Below are positions 37,805 through 48,100 of a stretch of 64,000 nt of DNA, piece by piece. The notes under the pieces are model-generated. The model saw only the letters and a list, made by a program, of their open reading frames with translations. It was not told where the DNA came from and made no database searches. The position numbers and the translations under genes are program-made. The stretch comes from an uncultured bacterium (GTDB lineage: Bacteria > T1Sed10-126), in the NCBI GenBank assembly GCA_964631325.1, contig CAZVWJ010000002.1:5848-69847 (forward strand). The letters are read 5' to 3'. How positions within the stretch are numbered: position 1 is the stretch's first letter; every line of letters starts with the position of its first letter.

Positions 37805-38183
37805 TGATTAATCCCCTCTTATCATAAAGAATTACCCGGCGTAATCAGCCACATCCTTCTTTACAGTATACAAAAACAATAAATCGGCTATAATCATTCC
37901 CGGGAGGTCAGATTCACCGGGCTATCTACTATCTTTGTTTTACCTAAAATTCCTCACTTCATATTTGAATTCCTTAGAAGATGTGAGAAAAATCACCTAT
38001 ACTTTTGACTAATAAGATGGTATAAATATATAGGAATATCCCGTAAAGGAAACACTTAATATTGGCTGTGTAGAGCCCCTTAATGAAACCGGAGTTTGAG
38101 ACAGTCCTTAGAAGCAGTGTTAAAAAAATCAGATATCATTTTAACTGAGAGGAACGGAAATTTGTTTATATTTCCGGGTCAAA

Positions 38184-41100
38184 ATGGCTTCTAACTCGCT
38201 TAAACCCCAAAAAATTATTTTATTGCTCGGGGTCGTTTTCTGCTTTTCTGTTTTCCTTTCCCCGGCAATTTCAGCGGATAAAAGCTCACTTCGAAAAAAA
38301 CTATCCCTACCAGAGTTCAGGCTTGAAGCAGAAGAAGTATCGGGCCGTGTAAAGATAAAGACAGACACAGGCTGGGAGAAGTTAAAGGCGGGCCGAAAAA
38401 TCCAGGAGGGAGCCCGTATATCGACGGAGTCAGGTGGGACAGCGGCGCTTGCCGTCCCGGGTGTAAGCTACCTGCAGATGGATACGGCGACTAATTTAGA
38501 GGTGAACAAATTAAAGCAAGTAGCCAGAGAGCAGGGACTTTTGATCAGCGGGGAGAAAGTTCTGGAAAACAAGGTGAAGCTCAAGCTAAAACAGGGCGGG
38601 GTTCAAAATAGTCTTCGCAAACACAAAAAGGTCACCACTGAATTTGACCTGGAAACGCCCAACGCCGTGGCCGGAGTGCGCGGAACTTCCTACCGCTGTG
38701 AAGTGGATGAAACCGGCCGCACAACCTGTGGTGTCCTGGAAGGAGAGGTTAGATTTGCCAGCCTGCGGCAACCACAAAATACCCGCACCCTCAGAGAAAA
38801 CGAAAAATCCAGTCTGGCGGCTGAAGACACCGAGCCGGAAGAGCCCGAACAAATGTCCGAAAAAGAGACGGAAGAGCTGCAGAAATTCACGGACAAGGCT
38901 GAAAAGAAACTGCGGCTGAAACCTTTTGCTGATGAGCTCCAGCTAAACGACAGGGAATTTACCAGGACAGGAAAAGGGATATTTAAATTAACCTACGAAT
39001 ACAGGAAGCAACACGAATTAATTTTAAGCGGGATTGCGGGAGCCCGCGAGGAGAATGCTGAATTGGAGCTGGTTGAAGTTAACCTGGCCGGTTCGGATCT
39101 GCCGGTAGAAGGGACACAGAAATGGCAGGCCGCATTTACTATTGAGGCTCCAACTGAAGGCAAAAAGAAGACAATAAGCGGCCAGGTGCGAGCTCAAGAT
39201 AGCCTCGGCCAGCGGTCCCGTGCTTATCCGGTGCAAATTATTCTCGTGCATCCGGAGAAACAGGGGGCTTTACCGGCAAATCTATTGCCGGGTAAAGTGC
39301 CGATTAACGTGGAGACAATCGGCGGACGACCGGTAAGCCAGCTATCTTTTCCTTACCCTGTGTCCAGTAAAATATTCGACAACTATAGCTGGCAAAAAAC
39401 TTCTGATACCGAGGTACAGGCCTCCCGGCAGGGAATAAAGATCAGCGGAGCCGTAAATACGGATTCAACCGTGGCCGGAGTGGCCTACCGGTTAAGTCCG
39501 GCCCAGGAATGGCGGCTGGCAGCCGGAAAAAGTGAGTGGTCCTTTATTATCGGTAAAGAAGAACTCACCGCAACTCCTGAACTCAACCCGGAGGTCGTAG
39601 CCTGGACGGAGTCCGGACGGATAGGGACTGAAGTCAGCGCCGGACAATTAAATTACCGGCAAATAGAGACTGTATATCCGGGCGGTTACTCTCAGGGAAA
39701 AATAGAGCTTGAACTGGAGACTATAAACGAAGCCCCGGTGACCAGTTTTCCCGTCACGGTAAAAACCTCACAGTTGCGCACAAATCAGCTTGTTTTCCGG
39801 GGCCGGGCCCAGGCTGACTCTGAAATCCAGGGGGTCGCCTATCGCACGGAGGGAGGCCAGTGGCAGCAGGCTGAAGGAGCCTCTGACTGGCTGATCAAGC
39901 TCCCTCTTCCGACTTCTTCACAATCTTTAGAACTGGAAATAATTGCCTGGACAGCCGGGAAAAAAATCAGTGCGCCCCGCCGGTTCGGGCCGGTTGAATA
40001 TCAGTTTGAAGAGACAGTTCTCCCGGTTAATTTTACCCGGGGAGAAGTACCGGTAAATTTCGAAACCCTGGCCGGTAAACAGGTATCTGACCTTGAATTT
40101 CCATTTAACTTAAACAGCACTCAGTTGGACGGAGATGAAATCCAACTCACCGGCAGTGTCACCGCGGACTCGCCAATCAAGGGAGTGGCAGTCCGGGTTA
40201 ACGGAGGCAACTGGCAGCAGATAGCCGAAGGGAGCAAGCAGTGGGCTTTTACGCTTCCGGGCACAGAAAGCGGTGAGTTCACCGTAGAAGTCCGGGCCTG
40301 GACGTCCGGCCAGGTGCTTGGTGAAATACATTCCCTGGGACCGGTCAATTTTCAGGTGGTAGAGACAATCCCCCCCTCCACTTACGAATCCGGAAAAGTT
40401 AAAATTGAGTTTACCAGGGTGGCCGGATTAGATTATTCAAACGTTGAATTTCCCCTGCACACTTTCCAGGAGGACCTGGACGCCGGACAGTTGATTATTG
40501 AAGGAACTGCGGAGGGGGAAGCCACAATCGAGGGAGTGGCTTACAGCACTGACGGCGGAGCAAACTGGGAGCTGGCCGAAGGCGACGCGAACTGGAGCTT
40601 CAGTCTACCCGTGGAGGGATCAGCCGAATTTGATCAGCTCCGGGTGATTGCTTGGACCACCGCCGGAATTATTGGCGAAGCCGAAACTCTTGAAACTATC
40701 GACCACACCCAGGTCAGCTATTCGACTCACCTGCGCGATCTCTTTCAGCAGGAATGGGAAGCTTTCACCAGTGAAAACACCGAAGAAATGCTGGAATCTT
40801 ACGGCAGTAATTTTTCTTACCAGGACGCTCGGACAGGTGTGCAGAAAGAGCGGGCCGAGTTCAAAAATTTCCTGGAAACATTTTACAGCGACGTGCGCAA
40901 TCTTGCTGTCTCCTACAACGTCAACCAGGTGTTCTCCAGTCAGAACGGCGGAGAAATTACTTTTAATTTAGAATGGCGGGGCACAGCCGATGATCCCAAC
41001 CGGCCTTTTGTGATTTTCGGCGACGGCTGTGTTCACAACTACACCCGTAAAAACGACGGTTCCTTCCAGTTGACCACGTTTAAAAATTTCCCCCTGATAC

Positions 41101-41546
41101 TTTACCTGTTTCATAAGGAGGACGTGGAAATTCCGGACTTAGGTGGAATCGGAATTAGAAATCTTGCCGTCTTCAGCCGGACCGAGGACGCCGATATACT
41201 TGCTTACTGCAGGCCGGATATGCTTCAGGCAAACTACGCCACCCTGGAGCTGGGCGGCGATGTGAAAGACGGTGGACTGAAAAAATTGAGTTCTTCGGGT
41301 TTCTCCGGTGTCTCCAGTCTTCCCACCCTGGGCAGTGGTTACACCAGCGGGAGCAGTACAGTTATTCATCCGGGCGAACTATACGCAATTAATCTGCGCC
41401 ACCAGGGAGGCGGAGCTTCCTCGGCCCTGGCAAAAATCATCGAAATTACCGCCAGTCACGTTGAGGTTCAGATTATCTCCGCCCAGTCCCCACCCGGAAT
41501 AGAAGAAAAAATACAGCTCGACTACCGGGGGGTGGATCCCTTTTGA
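38184..41546 (+). CDS. Large secreted FecR-domain protein with five repeated beta-sandwich modules of about 150 aa and an NTF2-like C-terminal domain
   Basis: 1120 aa. Signal peptide (ILLLGVVFCFSVFLSPAISA), FecR-like segment (ISTESGGTAALAVPGVSYLQMD) and recurring GVAYR..GG.W..AEG...W.F.LP units. Its stop overlaps the start of the downstream beta-barrel gene. Confidence 0.7.
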   Translation: MASNSLKPQKIILLLGVVFCFSVFLSPAISADKSSLRKKLSLPEFRLEAEEVSGRVKIKTDTGWEKLKAGRKIQEGARISTESGGTAALAVPGVSYLQMDTATNLEVNKLKQVAREQGLLISGEKVLENKVKLKLKQGGVQNSLRKHKKVTTEFDLETPNAVAGVRGTSYRCEVDETGRTTCGVLEGEVRFASLRQPQNTRTLRENEKSSLAAEDTEPEEPEQMSEKETEELQKFTDKAEKKLRLKPFADELQLNDREFTRTGKGIFKLTYEYRKQHELILSGIAGAREENAELELVEVNLAGSDLPVEGTQKWQAAFTIEAPTEGKKKTISGQVRAQDSLGQRSRAYPVQIILVHPEKQGALPANLLPGKVPINVETIGGRPVSQLSFPYPVSSKIFDNYSWQKTSDTEVQASRQGIKISGAVNTDSTVAGVAYRLSPAQEWRLAAGKSEWSFIIGKEELTATPELNPEVVAWTESGRIGTEVSAGQLNYRQIETVYPGGYSQGKIELELETINEAPVTSFPVTVKTSQLRTNQLVFRGRAQADSEIQGVAYRTEGGQWQQAEGASDWLIKLPLPTSSQSLELEIIAWTAGKKISAPRRFGPVEYQFEETVLPVNFTRGEVPVNFETLAGKQVSDLEFPFNLNSTQLDGDEIQLTGSVTADSPIKGVAVRVNGGNWQQIAEGSKQWAFTLPGTESGEFTVEVRAWTSGQVLGEIHSLGPVNFQVVETIPPSTYESGKVKIEFTRVAGLDYSNVEFPLHTFQEDLDAGQLIIEGTAEGEATIEGVAYSTDGGANWELAEGDANWSFSLPVEGSAEFDQLRVIAWTTAGIIGEAETLETIDHTQVSYSTHLRDLFQQEWEAFTSENTEEMLESYGSNFSYQDARTGVQKERAEFKNFLETFYSDVRNLAVSYNVNQVFSSQNGGEITFNLEWRGTADDPNRPFVIFGDGCVHNYTRKNDGSFQLTTFKNFPLILYLFHKEDVEIPDLGGIGIRNLAVFSRTEDADILAYCRPDMLQANYATLELGGDVKDGGLKKLSSSGFSGVSSLPTLGSGYTSGSSTVIHPGELYAINLRHQGGGASSALAKIIEITASHVEVQIISAQSPPGIEEKIQLDYRGVDPF

Positions 41547-42109
41547 AATTAAACTTTAAACTGCTGGCCGGTCTGTTTGTTTTAATAGCGCTGGTGGGAA
41601 CTTTTCCGCCTGGCGCCAGGGCCGGGCTGGCCATATACTCCCCAAATTTTTCCTCTGACAGCAATCCCGGCGAATCAAACGGGGAACAGCAATCTACTCC
41701 TGAAGAAATTAGTTCTGTCCGCAAAAAACGATGGTTTATCGGTCTCACCTATCCCGGAATTACAGCGGGGTATCAGGGCAATAGTTTCGCCCTGGAACTA
41801 CGGGGCTACAGAAGCGGAAACACTACAATTTACGGCCCCCGTTTTACCAATTACGTCTACTCATTCCGGGGGGGCAATCTTTACTGGGGAATCGATCTTT
41901 ATTCAGTCAGTGAATTCGAAGGAGATTTAACCCGGGGGGACGGTTACATGGCCGGAGGTATTATCGGTCTACAAAAATACATCGGTTCCCGGTTCTCTTT
42001 CACTCTTGACTCGGGGCCCTACTACATCAAGCTGGAAGACGATCTCTCCGGGCTTGATAACAGCGGTGTTGAGTTTGTAATTAACACCGGCTTAAACATT
42101 CATTTTTAA
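41543..42109 (+). CDS. Small outer-membrane beta-barrel protein (OmpW/OmpA-like 8-strand class)
   Basis: 188 aa, signal peptide, alternating hydrophobic beta-strand pattern and a C-terminal ...LNIHF ending in Phe. Confidence 0.6.
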   Translation: MKLNFKLLAGLFVLIALVGTFPPGARAGLAIYSPNFSSDSNPGESNGEQQSTPEEISSVRKKRWFIGLTYPGITAGYQGNSFALELRGYRSGNTTIYGPRFTNYVYSFRGGNLYWGIDLYSVSEFEGDLTRGDGYMAGGIIGLQKYIGSRFSFTLDSGPYYIKLEDDLSGLDNSGVEFVINTGLNIHF

Positions 42110-42139
42110 GGCGAGGAAGTCAGGTTAGGTGAATGGCAC

Positions 42140-45100
42140 ATGACTGCTAAAAAACAAAATATCTGGTTCTGTCTGACCGCAGTATTTCTGCTGTTCTGGC
42201 TCGTTTTACCGGCCCGGTCTACAGATACTTTACCGGAAAAATATGTCTCTGCCGGCACCGATCAATTGAAAGAAAAACAGAAATACCAGCTTGCCGGTAT
42301 TTCTTTTGGCCCGGTGGAGGCGGTTGAAGAACAGGTCGAGGAGCTGGACAACAAAGCTAATGATTACTGGATAGCCCACTGGCAGGATAACAACTGTACC
42401 GGTGACGCCAGTGATCCAGAATGTGCCGGGGTCGTAAACTTCCCCCAGAAAGTGCTCGATTACTGGAAAAACCATCCACACGATAGACCGGATAGCTGGG
42501 CCGTATCAGTAAACTCCCCTTCAGCCAGCACCACTTCCAGTTCCCCGGACACGGTCGCTGAAACACACTCTAGCCCACTCTGGCGGGCTAAAACCAGTGG
42601 CGTTCTTACTTCCGCTCCGGCCGTTGATGAAGAAGGAACCGTTTACTTTGGCAGTTATGACAAAAAAGTTTATGCCCTGTATCCGGACGGGTCAGAAAAA
42701 TGGACTTTCACTACCGGTGGAGCTATCCACGCCGCCCCGGCTCTGGGAGCCGGCGACACGTTGTATGTGGCCAGTGAAGACAAATATCTCTATGCCCTGG
42801 ATACGGAAGCCGGGAACGTGTTGTGGAAATACAAAACCGCGGGGCGCCTGCACTCTTCGCCGGCCATCAGTTCCAATGGCATAATTTATGTCGGCTGTAC
42901 GGACAACAAACTGTATGCAATCCGTCCCGACAGCGACGGAGACGATGAGGGAGAGCTGGCCTGGACTTATACAACCGGTGGTCGGATAACCTCTTCCCCC
43001 ACTCTAAGCGCCGACTCTACAGTTTACGTCGGCTCCTGGGACAAAAATCTGTATGCGGTCCGTCCCGACAATAGCAATGACGGAGAAGGTGAATTAAATT
43101 GGAAAGTTTCCACCGGCGGCGAAATTAAATCATCCCCGGCTCTCGGAGCAGACGGAACTATTTATTTTGGCAGTCATGATAAACATCTTTATGCCCTCAA
43201 TTCTGACGGGACTGAACAATGGAGTTCCAACCTCGAAGGGGCAGTCTGGTCCTCACCGGTTATCGGAAGTGATTCCACTGTTTACGTCGGTTCCTGGAAC
43301 GGCAAGCTATATGCTCTCAACCACAAAGACGGCTCAACTGAGTGGACGTTTACCACCGGCGAAAGAATTGTTGCCTCTCCGCTGGTCGGAAGCAAACGGA
43401 TTTATGTCGGTTCTCACGACAATACTCTCTACGCACTTAATCCGGACACGCCCGGTGGGCCGGGAAGCTGGAAGTTCTCAACCGGGGAAGCAATTTTTGC
43501 CGGCACCAACCTCCGGGACACTTCCCTGTATGTGGTTTCAGGTGATAATTACCTTTACGCCCTTGAAGCCGACACTTCCGGCCTCGCCCAATCCAGTTGG
43601 CCAAAATTCGGCGGCAACCACAAAAATACCGGCCAGACGCCCGAACAACTACCGGAAGAATACAGCGGTCCGACCTGGTATGTGAACGACGATACCACAG
43701 CCGGCGACGTCTATACTTCAGCCCCGGGTTCAAATGAAAATCCCGGCAGTCCGGACGCCCCCTTCCTTACTATTTCCCGGGCTCTGGAAGCTGCCACCAC
43801 CGGCGATACTATAATGATCGATGCCGGCACCTACGGGGAAACGGTAGCCATTGACACCAACTCCCTGGCCCTGGTCGGTGCTGACTCCAGTCCGGCCGGG
43901 ACTGTCATAGATGCCGGCGACAGTTCCGCCGCCAGTAAATTGATTGTTCTTCGTTCGGATACCGTCACCAACCTTCAAATCAAAAATTTAAGGGTGGCCA
44001 ACGGATACTGGGGATTAATCCTTTACAACACAGATAACTCACTCGTAGAAAACGTTATGGCCACTTCTAACAAATCAGTGGGAATCGGTTTAGTAAACGG
44101 CTCTGAGTTTAACACCCTCAGCGAGGTCAGCACTTCCAATAACGATTCTGGTGGGCTGACGATAGATTCTGCAAACAACTTAGTTAAAAACAGTAATTTT
44201 TCAAAAAATGGGGATGACGGTTTAAGTATTGCCCTGTCGGCTACCGCCAACATAGTTTATAACAACCTGGTGAGCAATAACGATCAAGCCGGAATTAACG
44301 TCGAGGGAAGCGATAATGAAATTCGGCAAAACCAAATTATTAATAATAATCTCAGCACTACCAGTAATGATGGAGGGCTGGAATTAGGTGACGCAGAGAA
44401 CGGAGAAATCGCCGAAAACAACCTTGTGGTGCGGAATTTAATCAAGGACAACTATAATGGCATCGAGTTGAGAGGAACTAACCAAAATTTAATCCACAGC
44501 AACGAACTGGTAAATAATGCATATCATCTTTATCTTGAAGACACCGCCACTACCTTTAATGATACCTTTACCAAGAACAACCTGACCTCAGCCGGAGATT
44601 CACTGGTAATGGCTGTAGGCTTTTCAGGAACAGAGGCCAAACTGCTCAGAAACTGGTGGGGGATGACAGATGAAATCGCTATTCAGTCAAAAATCCAGGG
44701 ACCTCTGGCGGATGCAGTTGTATTTCAACCTTACCGATTAAACAAAGTGGACACAGGAACCGGAGCCGATACACTTGCTCCGGCAACACCGGTGGCTGAC
44801 ACCGTTGCTGGCAGCCACAGTGGAATAGCCCTGAGCTGGAACCAGGTTAACACTGACGAAAACAACAACCCGCTGACAGATTTTGCCGAATACAGGATCT
44901 ATAAAACTACTTCCGGGACTGAAACCGACTGGAAAAATAATGCACTCATGGTCAGCTCTATCAGCAGTGTTTCCGACACTGATTACGTAGATACTTCCGT
45001 CACCCCCGGCGAAACTTATTACTATCGAATTACTGCTGTAGACAGCGCACCGGCAGAAAACGAATCATTTTTTAGCAGTACCTTAATAGCCCAGGCCAAA

Positions 45101-48100
45101 CCCTGGTCCGGTCCCACCTGGTATGTAAACGATAACTATACGGGGGACGAAATTTACACCTCCACCGCCGGTTCAGACACTAACACCGGCGGCCCCTCGG
45201 ATCCCTTCCGAACCATTTCAGAAGCAATGAGTCATGTCGCCGCCGAAGATACTATCCTGGTCGACGCCGGCACTTACGGTGAAACTGTCGCCTTTATAAC
45301 TGACGGCCTCACTCTGGCCGGAGCCGGGTCAACCGCTACTAGCTTCGATTTCGGGGACAGCTCGACTGTCACTGCAGCCGTTGGTATTTATTCTGACACC
45401 CACAGCGGTCTGTTAATAAAAAATCTGAGCATTCGCAATTATATGATCGGTCTGTCTTTCAGCGGTGTTAGCGCTTCCCGGGTAGAAAACGTAACTGTTG
45501 AAAATTGTGGTGAAAGTGGGATGTACCTCTGGAATTCCGGCGGGGTTGTATTTAACCAGGTTGTTTCCAGGAATAATATTTTTGACGGACTTACCGTAGA
45601 TGGTTCAAAAAATATCAATGTTATTTCCAGTCGATTTACGGGCAACGACTCCAACGGACTTGTGTTTATTCAGTCGGACACAGCACTTGTTAAAGAAAAT
45701 CATCTCACCGAAAATAGCCAGGCCGGCCTTTTATTGGACAATACCTCAACTTCCCTGGCCAGCAATAACCTGATCACTGGCAATAACTCCGGTATGGAGT
45801 TAATTGGCGGATTCTTCAACGAAGTAATTCAGAACGATATCCGCAACAATACTAACTACCAGGTTTACAACACTACTTTTGACAACCTGTTTCGGAAAAA
45901 CAACCTCGTAGCCTCAACAACTAATCCGGACAGCGTAGTCAAGGATACTTCCTCGGGAATTGATTTTATCTACAACTGGTGGGGAACAACCGCCCACACA
46001 GCAATTGATACAAAGCTAACTGGTTTCGGGAGCTATGAACCCTACCGGCTTGGCCAAGTCGACACAGCCCCCGGAGCTGACACTATGGCATTCGCCTCAC
46101 CCATTGTAGACACAGCAGTGGTACTCGGTTCCGATACCGTAGAAGTTCGCTGGCAACAGATAACTACAAATGAAGAGGGCAGCGCGATGAGCGCTGATTT
46201 CAACAGTTATGTTATTTATCGTTCCACCTCCGATACCGTCACCGACTGGAAGCTGTATGAAATAGCCAGCCTTGCCGGTTCAATGAGCGACACTGATTAT
46301 ATTGATACCGATGTAACTCCCGGCCAAACTTACTACTATCGAATTACCGCCCTGGATGATCATACCCTGGACGGCGGCGACGGCACGGCTAAATTTGACA
46401 ATGAATCCTATTTCAGCAGTACAATCGCCGCCACCCCAACCCATTCCGGCCCCACCTGGTATGTGAACGATAACGATACCGCCGGAGACGTCTACACTTC
46501 AGCAGTTGGTTCCGAGACCCACACCGGCGGCCCCTCGGATCCCTTTCGAACCATTTCAGAAGCAATGAACCACGTCTCCGCCGGAGATACTATCCTGGTC
46601 GACGCCGGCACCTACGGCGAGACGGTGGCTATCGACACCAACTCCCTGGCCCTGGTCGGGGCTGATTCTCAAAGCACGATAATTGATTCACCCGGAGCTA
46701 ATGTCAATCTATACGCTTCAAACGCAGATAATATCTCCATTCGAAAATTGGGAGTCCAGAATAGTTCAGTTGGAATTGAACTTGATTCGATAACAAACTC
46801 CCTGGTTGAAAACGTTCACGTGGACACTGCAACAAATAATTCCTTGTATCTCTATCTTTCTGATTCTAATACAATTCGCTCTTCCTATTTTGGGCAGAGC
46901 GATAATGACCAGGTTATGCTCTATACTTCCAGCAATAACTTGATAGAACACAACATGGCTGAGAACGGTTGGGGACGAAGCTATTACCTGCAGGCTTCCT
47001 CTAATGACAATAAAATAATTAACAATCTGGCCCGGGCCGGACAATCCGGAATCGTTGTGCGCGGTTCCGATAATGTTCTGGTAGCGGATAATACAATCAG
47101 GGATATGTCGGGTTTCGGTATTAGCGCCCAGTTCTATCCGGTTAATTTAAGGGTCTTGAGAAATACCCTCTATAACGTGGGCAGTGTCAACCTGGAGTTA
47201 GAAGCTGACGGTTGTTACGTCGCTCAGAACACGGTGGACTCTCCCGGTAGCTGGGCTGTACAAACAAACGGTGGAGGAACAATTACAAAAAACAATATAT
47301 ACACAGGAACAATACTACCGGACAGCGGTGCTCTTAACTCAGGAGACTCTGTCGTTGACCTAACTCGCAACTGGTGGAATACCACTGACGAAAATCTGGT
47401 AGCCCGAAAAATTTACAATTCCGGCGCCGGAACCACAATATACAGCCCTTATCGGCTCGGCTTAGTAGATACCGGCGTCGGTGCCGACACTGTTGCTCCC
47501 GCCACTCCCGTTGCCGACACCGCCTTTGTGGTCGGCAGTGACACAATTGAAGTCCGCTGGCAGGAGGTCACCGCAGACGAAGACGGCAGCAGCCTCGATT
47601 TTAACCGTTACAATGTCCACCGTTCTAAATACGACACGGAAACCGATTGGTTAAGCAACACTTCTTCCAAAGGGTCGATAATGAGCGCCGGGGATACCAG
47701 TATTACAGACGATAACAATCTCATTCCCGGCCAGACCTACTATTACCGGGTCCTGGCCAAGGACGCTTCCTCGCCGGCAAACTCCTCTTTCTTCAGCGAT
47801 TCAATGAGTGTAACGCTACCTGCCTGGAACGGTCCTACCTGGTACGTAAATGATAACGACACCACCGGCGATGTTCATACCTCCGCCGTCGGTTCTGACT
47901 CCAACACCGGTGGACCAGACGATCCCTTCCGGACAATTTCCTATGCTCTTTCCCAGGTTTCAGCCGGGGACACCGTGCTCGTGGATGCCGGCACCTACGG
48001 AGCAACCGGCGAAACTATTACTCTAAGTGTTAACGATCTTGCCCTTGTCGGTGCTGACTCTGCAACCACGATACTTGATTTTGGAGATACTTCACCAGGA

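Noticed and set aside
38141-38368. 75-aa minus-strand ORF overlapping the start of the FecR-domain gene
   Set aside because: Antisense to the signal-peptide-encoding 5' end of a long, well-supported ORF. No independent evidence.
42230-45654. Short minus-strand ORFs within the giant gene (for example 42230..42481, 43437..43733, 43730..43978)
   Set aside because: Embedded antisense in the 7 kb repeat-rich coding region. Gly/Arg-rich artefacts.
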